The notes below the pieces were generated by a model. It was not told where the DNA came from. It did not search any database and worked only from the letters and a program-made list of their open reading frames with translations. Made by a program: the position numbers and the translations under genes. Positions 26,825 to 37,258 of a DNA stretch of 45,729 bases are shown piece by piece. Numbering within the stretch: position 1 is the stretch's first letter; every line of letters starts with the position of its first letter. This stretch comes from Bacilli bacterium (GTDB lineage: Bacteria; Bacillota_I; Bacilli_A; RF39; UBA660). The DNA lies in NCBI GenBank assembly GCA_036648855.1, contig JAVWCU010000004.1, positions 1 through 45,729 of the forward strand. The letters run 5' to 3'.

Positions 26825-27868
26825 ATGAAGACATTGTTATATTTTGTTCTAATCTTAGGAGTTATTGTTTTAATTCATGAATTTGGTCATTTTATCTTTG
26901 CAAAATTATTTAAAATATATGTCCATGAGTTTGCTATCGGAATGGGCCCTAAATTACTTCACTATAAGAAAAAAGGCGGAGAAACGGAATATAGTTTAAG
27001 ACTTATTCCCATTGGGGGATTTTGTGCTCTAGCAGGAGAAGAAGTAGAAGAAGATACCTCTCTTCCAAAGGACCGTAAACTCCAGGGAAAACCTGCTTGG
27101 CAAAGGTTCTTAGTTATGTTTTTTGGGGCAGGATTTAATTTTATTTTAGCCGTAATATTATTGTTTATGATAGCAGTTATTTGGGGAGCACCCACTACTA
27201 CTCCCAAGTTATCATCTATTGAAATAGGCAAACCTGCTGATTTAGCAGGATTACAAGTAGGAGATACTATTACCAAGATAAATAGTCATAAAACTTCTAC
27301 TATTGATGATGTATCTATCTATTTACAATTAGCTGATAAAAGTAAACCCATTATTTTTGAAGTAAAAACTAACACTGGTGATATTAAAAAAATATCAGTT
27401 AATCCTACTAAAGAAGAAATAAATGGAAATACTGTATATAGAATAGGGGTAGGTTTAGCCGGAGAAATACACCACACATTTGGTAGTATCCTAAATTATA
27501 CAGTTGTTAAAACAGGATCATTATTTAAACAGATGTTTATTACTTTAGGAGGCTTATTTAAAGGTGATATTGGGATTAAACAATTAAGTGGCCCAGTTGG
27601 AATATATAATATTGTTGGAGAACAGGCTAAAGGTGGTTTAGAAAACATTATTTACTTAATTGCCTTACTTAGTATTAATGTAGGTTTTATTAATCTATTA
27701 CCTCTTCCAGCCTTTGATGGTGGAAGAATCCTGTTCTTAATTATAGAAAAAATTAAAGGTAGTCCAGTTAAACCTGCTACTGAAAACATGATTCATTCAA
27801 TAGGCTTTTTCTTGATTATAGCATTAATGCTTTATATAACATTTAATGATATATTAAGATTATTTTAA
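26825..27868 (+). CDS. rseP: RIP metalloprotease RseP/RasP
   Basis: HEFGH, PDZ domain and NLLPLPAFDGG. Confidence 0.95.
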   Translation: MKTLLYFVLILGVIVLIHEFGHFIFAKLFKIYVHEFAIGMGPKLLHYKKKGGETEYSLRLIPIGGFCALAGEEVEEDTSLPKDRKLQGKPAWQRFLVMFFGAGFNFILAVILLFMIAVIWGAPTTTPKLSSIEIGKPADLAGLQVGDTITKINSHKTSTIDDVSIYLQLADKSKPIIFEVKTNTGDIKKISVNPTKEEINGNTVYRIGVGLAGEIHHTFGSILNYTVVKTGSLFKQMFITLGGLFKGDIGIKQLSGPVGIYNIVGEQAKGGLENIIYLIALLSINVGFINLLPLPAFDGGRILFLIIEKIKGSPVKPATENMIHSIGFFLIIALMLYITFNDILRLF

Positions 27869-27885
27869 AAAACATATAATAAGAT

Positions 27886-27912
27886 AAAGGGGTGATTAAA
27901 ATCACTCCTTTT
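27886..27912 (+). terminator. intrinsic terminator
   Basis: AAAGGGGTGATT-aa-AATCACTCCTTT. Confidence 0.75.
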
Positions 27913-27998
27913 AAGTATCTATTTTCTAGTAAAATATTGTAAACTTTCTCTTATTTTTATGTGCTTGTGCTATACTGATTATAGTAAGAGGTGGTGCA

Positions 27999-29477
27999 AT
28001 GAAAACGGCATTTGACAATAACAAATATATTAAATTACAGAGTAAGAAAATCAAAGACAGGATGAAGTTATTTCCTGATAAACTGTACTTAGAGTTTGGT
28101 GGTAAACTATATGATGATTATCATGCTTCTAGAGTTTTACCTGGCTTTGATGCTAATGTTAAAGTTCGTCTTTTAGAAGAGTTAAAAGATGATTGTGAAG
28201 TCGTTTTTTGTATTAATGCCAATGACATAGAAAAGAACAAGATTAGAGCTGATTATGGAATTACTTATGATATGGAACTTCTTCGTTTAATTGACCGTTT
28301 AACAGAAAGAGGTATTCTTGTCAGCAGTGTCGTTATAACTTTATATCAAGGTCAATCATCAGCTAGTAAATTTCAAAGAAAACTAGAACAAAAAGGTATT
28401 AAAACTTATATTCATACTCCAACTAAAGGGTACCCAACAGATGTTGACACTATTGTAAGTGATGAAGGTTATGGGGCTAATCCATATATTGTAACTACTA
28501 GAAAGTTAGTCATTGTTACTGCCCCTGGAGCAGGTTCTGGAAAGCTTGCTACTTGTTTATCTCAGCTATATCATGATTATAAAAACTTAACTTTATCTGG
28601 TTATGCTAAGTTTGAAACATTTCCTGTTTGGGATTTACCTTTAAAGCATCCTATTAATTTAGCTTATGAGGCAGCAACAGCTGATATCTATGATAAAAAT
28701 ATGGTTGATTTCTTTCACTTAGAAAAATATGGAGTAGTAGCCATTAATTATAATCGTGATTTAGAAACATTTCCTATTCTTAAGAATGTTCTATTAAAAA
28801 TCTGCGGCAAAGAAGTTTATTCTTCACCTACCGATATGGGAGTTAATACTGTCTCTCAGTGTATTACAAATGATGAATTAGTAATCAGTGCTTCCTGTCA
28901 AGAAATAATTAGACGCTACTACAAAGCTAGATGTGATTACCGATTAGGAATAGTAGATGATAAAATCCCGGAGCGGATTAAAATCATTATGAACGAATTG
29001 AATCTTACTAGTACTGATAGAAAAGTAGTAAAACCAGCTTTAGATAAATTAAAAACTTCTAATCATCAAGCTATATCATTAGAGTTAAATCCTAAAAAAA
29101 TTATAACTGGTAGAGCAACAGAATTATTAAGCCCAGCTTCTAGCTTAATCTTAAATGCCATTAAAACCTTAACTAAAATACCAGATGAAGTAAATTTATT
29201 AAGTCCTAGTGTCCTTGAACCAATTATTAAATTAAAAAGGCAACTAAATGAAGAAGTAACTCTTCTAAGCTTAGAAGAAGTTTTAATTGCCCTAAGTATT
29301 TGTTCTGCGACTAATCCTATTGTAGAAAGAGCTTTAGATAATTTGAAAAAATTGAATAACTGTGAAGCTCATGCTACTTATATATTAGAAGATGGTGACT
29401 TAAAAGCTCTAAGAAGTTTAAAAATTAATTTCACCTGTGAAGCAGAATATTATTCTGATATAGTTTTAAATAACTAA
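27999..29477 (+). CDS. DUF1846 / UPF0371 family protein
   Basis: KLYLEFGGKL.DDYHASRVLPGF, P-loop-like PGAGSGK and AYEAATAD. Confidence 0.9.
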   Translation: MKTAFDNNKYIKLQSKKIKDRMKLFPDKLYLEFGGKLYDDYHASRVLPGFDANVKVRLLEELKDDCEVVFCINANDIEKNKIRADYGITYDMELLRLIDRLTERGILVSSVVITLYQGQSSASKFQRKLEQKGIKTYIHTPTKGYPTDVDTIVSDEGYGANPYIVTTRKLVIVTAPGAGSGKLATCLSQLYHDYKNLTLSGYAKFETFPVWDLPLKHPINLAYEAATADIYDKNMVDFFHLEKYGVVAINYNRDLETFPILKNVLLKICGKEVYSSPTDMGVNTVSQCITNDELVISASCQEIIRRYYKARCDYRLGIVDDKIPERIKIIMNELNLTSTDRKVVKPALDKLKTSNHQAISLELNPKKIITGRATELLSPASSLILNAIKTLTKIPDEVNLLSPSVLEPIIKLKRQLNEEVTLLSLEEVLIALSICSATNPIVERALDNLKKLNNCEAHATYILEDGDLKALRSLKINFTCEAEYYSDIVLNN

Positions 29478-29585
29478 CTAAAGGTCTTAGACCTTTTTAA
29501 TTTGCTTATATATATCTAGACCTTATCCCATATTCGGGGTAAAATATAAATAAGAACAAATAAACTATTTGAAAGAGGTGGTTAA

Positions 29586-31763
29586 ATGATAGCATCTGTA
29601 CTGGTTGAAATATCTAATAAAAATATAGATAAAACATATGACTATCTAGTTAATCCCTCTGACTATGCTAAAATAAAAATAGGAATCAGAGTCTTAGTTC
29701 CTTTTAATCATCAAGAACTAGAGGGTTTTGTCCTTGCTATTAAGGAAGATAGTTCTTCATCATATGAGTTAAAAGAAGTTATTTCAGTTGTAGATATAGA
29801 TATTGTTTTAAATAAAGAACTATTAGATATAGGGGAGTATCTTCATAAAACAACTCTCTCTACTTTAATTAGCTGTTATCAAGTCATGCTTCCTAAAGCA
29901 CTAAAAGCTCAAAATGGTACTAATATAAATATTAAAATAGACCAAGTTATATCTTTGAATAAGGATGTTGATTTAACTAGTTTGAATATTCCTCAACAAG
30001 AGATAGTGAAGATTGTTAAACAGGAGCATAGGGTAGTTAAAACTGTTTTAAATAAAATATCAACTAGTAGTGTTTCAACTCTATTAAAAAAGGGTATTTT
30101 AAAAAGTGAGGAAGTAGAACATTACCGGTTAGTAGATGAGGGACAGTTAACTGCTCAGTTTCCTTTAACAATAGATCAGCAGTCAGTAGTTGATAAAGTC
30201 TTAAGTAAGAGAGATGAATATATTCCTTATTTATTACATGGGGTAACTGGTTCTGGTAAAACAGAAGTATATATGGAAATTATTGAACAACAGTTAAAAC
30301 AAGGTAAAACTAGTATTGTTTTAGTTCCGGAAATATCTCTTACTCCTCAAATTATTAGAAGATTTAAAGGCCGTTTTCAAGATACTATTGCTGTTTTACA
30401 TAGTCGCTTAAGTGCTGGTGAAAAGTATGATGAATGGCGGAAGATAGTTAAAGGGGAAGTTAAGATTGTGATAGGAGCTAGAAGTGCTATATTTGCCCCT
30501 TTAAAAAACATTGGGGTAATTATTATAGACGAGGAGCAAACTACATCTTATTATCAAGATAATAATCCTCGGTACAATGCTATAGATGTAGCCTTTTACC
30601 GTGGTAAAACACACCACTGCCCAGTTATTTTAGGCAGTGCAACTCCAACCTTAGAAAGCTACGCTAGAGCTGTAAAAGGAGTATATCAGTTATTAGAACT
30701 GCCAAATAGAGTAAATAATAGACCTCTACCTCAAGTTAGAGTAGTTAATTTAAATGAAAACAAAGATACCAGTAACTTCTATTTCTCTAAAGAGTTACTA
30801 ACTGCTATAAAGAGTCATATTCTAAAACAAGAACAAGTATTACTACTCTTAAATAGACGAGGATATGCTTCATATATTACCTGTAGTAATTGTGGATATA
30901 CTATAAAATGCCCTAACTGTGATATTGCCTTAACTTATCATAAAACTAATAATATGTTAAGATGTCATTACTGTGGTTATGGTACTAGTTTACCAACATC
31001 TTGTCCAGAATGCCATGAACCTAGCATTAAAAATTTAGGTGTTGGAACTGAGCAAATCGAAGAACTACTTCACGATTTAATTCCTTCTGCTAGAGTTATT
31101 AGAATGGATTTTGATACAACAACTACCAAGGGTTCTCATGTAAAAATAATAGAATCTTTTTCCAAAGGAGAATATGATATTTTACTAGGTACTCAAATGA
31201 TTGCAAAAGGATTGGATTTTCCTAATGTTACTCTAGTAGGGGTAATAAATGCTGATACTAGTCTTAATATTCCCGATTTTAGGAGTAGTGAAGTAACATT
31301 TCAGCTATTAGACCAAGTAGCGGGTAGAAGTGGTAGAGGAGACAAATTAGGAGAAGTAATAATACAAACCTTTAACCCTGATCACTACGCTATTAAGTAT
31401 GCTAAAGAGCATAATTATTTAGGCTTTTATCAAACAGAAATGCATATTAGAAAAGAGTTAAAGTATTCCCCATATTATTACATGACTTTAATTAAAATAA
31501 GTAGTGCAGACTATAATGAAGCATCTATCGAAAGTAATAAAATAGCAACAGTTCTAAAAAGAGAATTAACAGCTAGTATTATTTTAGGACCTACTACTTC
31601 TAGTATGTTTAAAGTTAATAATATTTATCATTTTCAAATAATTCTCAAATATAAAAAAGAGAATAATCTCTATCCAGTTTTAACTAAAATAGTAGAGTAT
31701 TATAAAAGTAACAGAAAAGTCAAAATAGATATTAGTTTTAACCCTGTTAGTTTTATATCTTAA
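29586..31763 (+). CDS. priA: primosomal protein N' (replication restart helicase)
   Basis: GVTGSGKT, four CxxC, GTQMIAKGLDFP and QVAGRSGR. Confidence 0.96.
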   Translation: MIASVLVEISNKNIDKTYDYLVNPSDYAKIKIGIRVLVPFNHQELEGFVLAIKEDSSSSYELKEVISVVDIDIVLNKELLDIGEYLHKTTLSTLISCYQVMLPKALKAQNGTNINIKIDQVISLNKDVDLTSLNIPQQEIVKIVKQEHRVVKTVLNKISTSSVSTLLKKGILKSEEVEHYRLVDEGQLTAQFPLTIDQQSVVDKVLSKRDEYIPYLLHGVTGSGKTEVYMEIIEQQLKQGKTSIVLVPEISLTPQIIRRFKGRFQDTIAVLHSRLSAGEKYDEWRKIVKGEVKIVIGARSAIFAPLKNIGVIIIDEEQTTSYYQDNNPRYNAIDVAFYRGKTHHCPVILGSATPTLESYARAVKGVYQLLELPNRVNNRPLPQVRVVNLNENKDTSNFYFSKELLTAIKSHILKQEQVLLLLNRRGYASYITCSNCGYTIKCPNCDIALTYHKTNNMLRCHYCGYGTSLPTSCPECHEPSIKNLGVGTEQIEELLHDLIPSARVIRMDFDTTTTKGSHVKIIESFSKGEYDILLGTQMIAKGLDFPNVTLVGVINADTSLNIPDFRSSEVTFQLLDQVAGRSGRGDKLGEVIIQTFNPDHYAIKYAKEHNYLGFYQTEMHIRKELKYSPYYYMTLIKISSADYNEASIESNKIATVLKRELTASIILGPTTSSMFKVNNIYHFQIILKYKKENNLYPVLTKIVEYYKSNRKVKIDISFNPVSFIS

Positions 31764-31780
31764 TAATAAGGAGTGTGTTT

Positions 31781-32728
31781 ATGAAAGATTTAAGAGTAGT
31801 ATTTATGGGAACCCCAGAGTTTAGTGTTCCTATACTTCAAGGTTTAATTGATAATTGTACAGTAATAGGAGTAGTAACTCAACCAGATAAAGAAGTTGAT
31901 AGACATCATAAAATAGTCTTTTCTCCAGTAAAAGAATTAGCTATCATCCATCAAATCCCAGTCTTTCAACCAGTTAAAATTAGGGCAGAGTATGAGCCTA
32001 TTTTAGCACTTGAACCAGATATAATAATCACTTGTGCCTATGGCCAGATAATTCCAGTAGAAATGTTAAACTATCCAAAATATGCTTGCATTAATGTGCA
32101 TGCTTCTTTGCTACCTAAGTTAAGAGGTGGAGCACCTATTCACCATGCTATTTTAGATAATCATTCTAAAACAGGAATTACAGTTATGTATATGGCAGAA
32201 AAAATGGATGCGGGAGATATTATTAGTCAAAGAGAAACAACTATTGATTTTTTTGATACAGAGGGAACTCTTCGTGACAGGCTTAGCCTTATGGGCAAGG
32301 ACTTATTATTAGAAACGTTGCCGCTAATAATTGAGGGTAGAGTAAAGGCTATCAGACAAAATGAAAATGAAGTTACATTTGGTTTTAATATTAAAAGAGA
32401 AGAAGAATTAGTTACTTTTGATAGAGAGATAATAACTATCTATAACCATATTAGAGGTTTAAATCCTATACCAGGAGCTTATGCTTTATTAGATAATATC
32501 AGTATTAAGTTATTTGCATCTAGGCTAGGTGAAATTATAGATACAAATCATCAAGTGGGGGAGATTATTACTATTTATAAAGATGGATTTGGAGTTAAAA
32601 CTTTAGATAATAAAGAAATTATAATTACAGAAATACAAGTTTCTGGTAAAAAAAGAATGTTAGTTAAAGATTATTTTAATGGAGTTAAGGGCAGTACTTT
32701 ACTAGGTAAAGTATTTAATCAAAACTAA
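31781..32728 (+). CDS. fmt: methionyl-tRNA formyltransferase
   Basis: FMGTPEF and NVHASLLPKLRGGAPI; ATG 31781 after AGGAG. Confidence 0.96.
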   Translation: MKDLRVVFMGTPEFSVPILQGLIDNCTVIGVVTQPDKEVDRHHKIVFSPVKELAIIHQIPVFQPVKIRAEYEPILALEPDIIITCAYGQIIPVEMLNYPKYACINVHASLLPKLRGGAPIHHAILDNHSKTGITVMYMAEKMDAGDIISQRETTIDFFDTEGTLRDRLSLMGKDLLLETLPLIIEGRVKAIRQNENEVTFGFNIKREEELVTFDREIITIYNHIRGLNPIPGAYALLDNISIKLFASRLGEIIDTNHQVGEIITIYKDGFGVKTLDNKEIIITEIQVSGKKRMLVKDYFNGVKGSTLLGKVFNQN

Positions 32729-32794
32729 CTCTCTTTAAGAGAATAATAAATTCTTGCATAAAAACTATAAACATGATAATATTTAAAAAGAAAA

Positions 32795-33013
32795 CAAGAG
32801 CGAAAGACGGATTATTAATAGTATTAAAGAGAGTCCTCTAGTTGGTGTAAAGAGGAATTAAGTTAATAATTAAATCACTTTCAAGGTTGTGTTTTATGGA
32901 TAAGATAAAACCGGTAACGCGTTATAGTCTTAAGTGTATAAGTTTAATACTTATAAAATAAGGTGGTACCACGGGTAAACTCGTCCTTAGTCTATGACTA
33001 GGGGCGTTTTTTT
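32795..33013 (+). ncRNA. T-box riboswitch (Ile)
   Basis: AGAGAG and GTTGGTG stem I motifs; specifier ATC at 32874-32876; AAGGTGGTACCACGG at 32960-32974; terminator 32982-33013. Confidence 0.93.
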
Positions 33014-33033
33014 ATTTAAGAAAAGGAGAAGTT

Positions 33034-36000
33034 ATGTTTAAAGAATTAGAAAAAGAAAAACCAAATATTATTGAAGATAGGATAAGTGCTAATTGGACTA
33101 AAATGAATATTTTAGATAAAACAATTAGTAATAGAGCAACATCACCTGACTTTGTCTTCTACGATGGCCCCGCTACGGCTAATGGTATGCCAGGACTTCA
33201 TCATATGTTAGCAAAGTTTTTAAAAGATACTTTTTGTAAGTATAAAACTATGCAAGGATATAAAGTTCTTCGTAAAGTAGGATGGGATACACATGGCTTA
33301 CCAGTTGAAGTTCAAGTGGAAAAAGAAATGGGCTTTCATTCTAAAACAGATATTGAAAAATACGGAATTAAGGAATTTAATGAAAAATGCCGGGAATCAG
33401 TGTGGGCTAATGAAAAGTCTTTTAGAGATTTTACTGTTAAAATGGGACAGTTTATTGACCTTGATCATCCTTATATCACTTATGATAATAATTATATAGA
33501 AACAGAGTGGTGGATTTTAAAGAAATTCTTTGATGAAGGATATATTTATGAAGGGCATAAGATTCTCCCTTTTTGTACTCGTTGTGGAACTGGACTTGCT
33601 TCTCATGAAGTAGCTCAAGGTTATAAAGAAATAAGTGTTGAAACTGTAACGGTGCCAATGAAAGTTAAAGGAATGGAAGATACCTATTTCTTAGTTTGGA
33701 CAACTACCCCTTGGACTTTAATTGCTAATGTTGCTATTTGCGTTAATCCAAATGAAGAATATGTTAAATGTAGCTCTAAAGGACATAATTTCATTTTAGC
33801 TAAAAAGTTAGTAGATAAAGTTTTAGGCTCTGAATATCAAATCCTTGATTCATATAAAGGAATTGACCTAGAATATATGGAGTATGAACAACTAATTCCT
33901 TATTATAAACCAGATAAAAAAGCTTTTTATGTAACTACTGATACCTATGTTACCATGGAAGATGGAACCGGAGTAGTTCATATGGCTCCAGCTTTTGGAC
34001 AAGATGATTATAATATAGGAAGAAGATATGACCTACCAGTTTTATGCCCTGTAGGAGAAGATGGCTGTTATACTGAAGGACCATGGGCAGGTTTAAGAGT
34101 TTTTGATGCAGATTTAGAAATTATTAAGTATTTAAAGAGCGAAGATAAATTATTTAAAAAAGAAAGAATGCTTCATAATTATCCTCACTGTTGGAGATGT
34201 GAAACACCACTTTTATATTATGCTAAACCTAGTTGGTACATTGAAGTAACTAAATTACAGGATAAAATAATCGCTAATAATAATACAGTTAAATGGTATC
34301 CTGAATATATTGGTGAAAAAAGATTTGGTAACTGGTTAGAGAATTTAAATGATTGGGCTATTTCTAGGAATCGTTATTGGGGAACACCATTACCTTTGTG
34401 GACTTGTTCATGTGGCCATAAGGAAATGATTGGATCTAGAACTGAATTAGTAGAAAAAGCTCTTGAAGAAATAGATAATACTATTGAACTTCATCGCCCT
34501 TATGTTGATGATATTCATATTAAATGCCCTGTTTGTGGCAAAACCATGAGTAGAGTAACGGATGTTATTGATTGTTGGTTTGACTCGGGTTCAATGCCTT
34601 TTGCCCAGTACCATTATCCTTTTGAAAATAAGGAACTATGGGAAAGTCAATTTCCTGCTGATTTCATTTGTGAAGGAATAGATCAAACTAGAGGCTGGTT
34701 TTACTCACTTTTAGTTATCTCTACCTTTGTAAAAGGTTGTTCTCCATATAAAAATGTTCTAGTTAATGATTTATTACTAGATAAATATGGTAAAAAGATG
34801 AGTAAGTCAAAAGGTAATAAAGTTGACCCATTTAGTTTAATAGAAAAGTATGGAGCTGACCCAATTCGTTGGTACTTGCCTTATGTATCACCAGTTTGGA
34901 CACCGACAAAATTTGATGAAGAGGGTTTAAAAGAAGTATATTCTAAGTTCTTTAATACCTTAAGAAATACTTATAGTTTCTTTGCTTTATATGCTAATAC
35001 AGATAAGTTAGATTCAAAAGATTTCTCCGTTAATAAAGAGGATTTAGAAGAAATAGACCTATGGTTATTATCCAAGTATAACCAGTTGCTAGAGTATGTT
35101 ACGGAGTCTTATAATGAATATGATTTAACTAAAGTAGTGCGTAGTATTACTGATTTTGTCAGTGAAGATTTATCTAATTGGTATATTAGAAGAACTAGAA
35201 GAAGGTTCTGGGATTCTGAATTAACAACTAGTAAAAAAGCAGTATATCAAACTACTTATCAAGTCTTAGTAGGTCTATCTGAAATCATAGCGCCAGTTGC
35301 TCCATTTATTGCCGAAGAGTTATATACAGCTTTAACCGGCAGAGAATCTGTGCATTTAGCTGATTTCCCTACGGCAAAGAAGGATTATATTAATGTATCC
35401 TTAGAAGAAAAAATGGATTTAGTTAGGAATCTAATTTCCTTAGGTAGAAATGCTCGTGAAGAAGTTAAAATAAAAGTCCGCCAACCACTAGAGGAGATTA
35501 TTCTAGATGGTAAAAACAAAGAATTAATAGGGGACTTAGTTGATTTAATTAAAGAAGAACTTAATGTTAAAAAAGTTACATTTGTATTAGATTTAGCCCT
35601 TTATATGAATCTAGAAGTAAAACCTAATTTTAAAGTTTGTGGTAAGATATTTGGACCTAATATAAAGGAGTTTCAAGAAAAATTAACCTTATTAACAGGG
35701 CCAGATATTAAAAAATTGGAAAACTTAGAAACAATAACTCTAGAAATAGCGGGTAAAGTAGAGACTATTACTAGTGAAATGGTTGAAATAAGAGTATCAT
35801 CAAAAGAAGGATTTAATGCCTCTCATGAAAATAATAACTTTATAGTTTTAAATACAACCTTATCAGAATCATTACTTAATGAAGGAATTGCCAGAGAACT
35901 AATTTCAAAGGTTCAGCAGTTAAGAAAGGCTAAGGATTTTGAAGTAACAGATAGAATTACTATTTATTATGAAGGTAATGAAAAATTTATAAGTGCTATA

Positions 36001-36129
36001 ACACAGTTTATAGATTTAATAAAAGCGGATACTCTTGCTTTAAATATTGAATCTAAATTAGGATTATCTGATACTTATCAAATAAATGGTTTAGAAGTTA
36101 AATTTGATGTAGAAAAAGTTACAAACTAA
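33034..36129 (+). CDS. ileS: isoleucine--tRNA ligase, type 2 (IleRS2)
   Basis: 1031 aa; GWDTHGLP, WTTTPWT and KMSKS; type-2 C-terminus without the type-1 zinc finger; signature motif GLHH; Ile T-box upstream. Confidence 0.95.
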   Translation: MFKELEKEKPNIIEDRISANWTKMNILDKTISNRATSPDFVFYDGPATANGMPGLHHMLAKFLKDTFCKYKTMQGYKVLRKVGWDTHGLPVEVQVEKEMGFHSKTDIEKYGIKEFNEKCRESVWANEKSFRDFTVKMGQFIDLDHPYITYDNNYIETEWWILKKFFDEGYIYEGHKILPFCTRCGTGLASHEVAQGYKEISVETVTVPMKVKGMEDTYFLVWTTTPWTLIANVAICVNPNEEYVKCSSKGHNFILAKKLVDKVLGSEYQILDSYKGIDLEYMEYEQLIPYYKPDKKAFYVTTDTYVTMEDGTGVVHMAPAFGQDDYNIGRRYDLPVLCPVGEDGCYTEGPWAGLRVFDADLEIIKYLKSEDKLFKKERMLHNYPHCWRCETPLLYYAKPSWYIEVTKLQDKIIANNNTVKWYPEYIGEKRFGNWLENLNDWAISRNRYWGTPLPLWTCSCGHKEMIGSRTELVEKALEEIDNTIELHRPYVDDIHIKCPVCGKTMSRVTDVIDCWFDSGSMPFAQYHYPFENKELWESQFPADFICEGIDQTRGWFYSLLVISTFVKGCSPYKNVLVNDLLLDKYGKKMSKSKGNKVDPFSLIEKYGADPIRWYLPYVSPVWTPTKFDEEGLKEVYSKFFNTLRNTYSFFALYANTDKLDSKDFSVNKEDLEEIDLWLLSKYNQLLEYVTESYNEYDLTKVVRSITDFVSEDLSNWYIRRTRRRFWDSELTTSKKAVYQTTYQVLVGLSEIIAPVAPFIAEELYTALTGRESVHLADFPTAKKDYINVSLEEKMDLVRNLISLGRNAREEVKIKVRQPLEEIILDGKNKELIGDLVDLIKEELNVKKVTFVLDLALYMNLEVKPNFKVCGKIFGPNIKEFQEKLTLLTGPDIKKLENLETITLEIAGKVETITSEMVEIRVSSKEGFNASHENNNFIVLNTTLSESLLNEGIARELISKVQQLRKAKDFEVTDRITIYYEGNEKFISAITQFIDLIKADTLALNIESKLGLSDTYQINGLEVKFDVEKVTN

Positions 36130-36154
36130 AAGGCAATATTATTCTTGCCTTTTT
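36128..36154. terminator. bidirectional intrinsic terminator
   Basis: AAAAGGCAA...TTGCCTTTT between convergent genes. Confidence 0.8.
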
Positions 36155-36155
36155 C

Positions 36156-36662
36156 TTATATTCCAAAGAACTCTTTATTTAAGTCCTTAAATATTTGTAG
36201 ATGAATTTTTTCGTCTTCTATAATTCTACTTAGTAAACTTTTAATATATTGATCTTGTATAACCGCTTTTTGCCTTTCATAGTTTTCTATAGCTCTAATT
36301 TCTCCGGTAATATCTAGCTGTAACATATACTTTAAATCAACAGTATAATCAACATTTCCGGCTGTCCATAATCTGAATATTTCATCATTTGGTAGAGTTC
36401 CAAAAACCGGATCAAGGCCTAATAACTTAATAGCTTCTCCCAACATTCTTAAATGACGCATTTCAACAACAGAAATATGACTAAGAATATCAGAATATTT
36501 TTGAAATTGTCCATTACTAACTAAAGATTGATATAAATATAAATGAACTGCAGAATCTTCACTGTTACTACCTGCATAGTCTTCCATCAACATTTTAGCA
36601 TAATTAATATTTGGTCTTTGGACTTGTACTATAGGATAAGGTAAATTACTTTGATAGTTCAT
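36156..36662 (-). CDS. ferritin-like dimetal-carboxylate protein (Mn-catalase/rubrerythrin-like)
   Basis: SEDSAVHLY, EMRH, EIRAIENY and DEKIH ExxH ligands; ATG 36662 after AGGAGG. Confidence 0.85.
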   Translation of the reverse strand: MNYQSNLPYPIVQVQRPNINYAKMLMEDYAGSNSEDSAVHLYLYQSLVSNGQFQKYSDILSHISVVEMRHLRMLGEAIKLLGLDPVFGTLPNDEIFRLWTAGNVDYTVDLKYMLQLDITGEIRAIENYERQKAVIQDQYIKSLLSRIIEDEKIHLQIFKDLNKEFFGI

Positions 36663-36829
36663 AAACGACCTCCTTTTAAATAATATGTAAGACATTTATT
36701 TATTTACCTAAAAGATAAATAATTCACCATATTTATACTAAACAGAGTATAATTCTCTGATTGATAATGTTTTTTTTAGATAAATTAGATAATATGCAAG
36801 ATTTATCTTAAAAAAGCTGAAAAAAGTCC

Positions 36830-36858
36830 TTGCATAATCATACAATATCTAGTATATT
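36830..36858 (+). promoter_or_regulatory. sigmaA promoter of rpsO
   Basis: TTGCAT, 17 bp, TATATT. Confidence 0.65.
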
Positions 36859-36865
36859 ATATACA

Positions 36866-36935
36866 TTACCTTTTCTTGGTTCAGGAAGACTTCCGACCTT
36901 TACTCAGATTATGGTGAATTATAATGAAGGAGGAT
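36866..36935 (+). ncRNA. putative S15 autoregulatory leader (Bacillota type)
   Basis: Relatively GC-rich 5' UTR ACC...CTTGG...CCGAC...CTC...TGGTG running up to the RBS; similarity to known rpsO leaders from recall. Confidence 0.5.
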
Positions 36936-36942
36936 TTTTATT

Positions 36943-37212
36943 ATGGCATTAACAAGTGAGACAAAACAAGCAATCGTTAAAAAGTTTGCAAGAGGGGACA
37001 AAGATACAGGTTCTGCTGAAGTACAAATTGCTATTTTAACAGAAGAAATCAATGTCTTAACAGAACATTTAAAAGAACATATTCACGATCATCATTCTCG
37101 TCGTGGACTACTTCAAAAAGTTGGTCAACGCCGAAATATGCTTGCTTATTTAGCAAAAAAAGATGTTCAAAGATATCGTGATTTAATTAAAGCATTAGGA
37201 TTAAGAAAATAG
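36943..37212 (+). CDS. rpsO: 30S ribosomal protein S15
   Basis: [19 protein letters not shown] and LGLRK. Confidence 0.98.
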   Translation: MALTSETKQAIVKKFARGDKDTGSAEVQIAILTEEINVLTEHLKEHIHDHHSRRGLLQKVGQRRNMLAYLAKKDVQRYRDLIKALGLRK

Positions 37213-37258
37213 GCACTTATTTTAAGTGTCTTTTATTTGATAAAAAGGAGAGTGTAAA

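Noticed and set aside
29517-29546. sigmaF-type promoter (GGGTAAAATA) before priA
   Set aside because: No matching sigmaF -35; better explained as sigmaA TAGACC-17 bp-TAAAAT.
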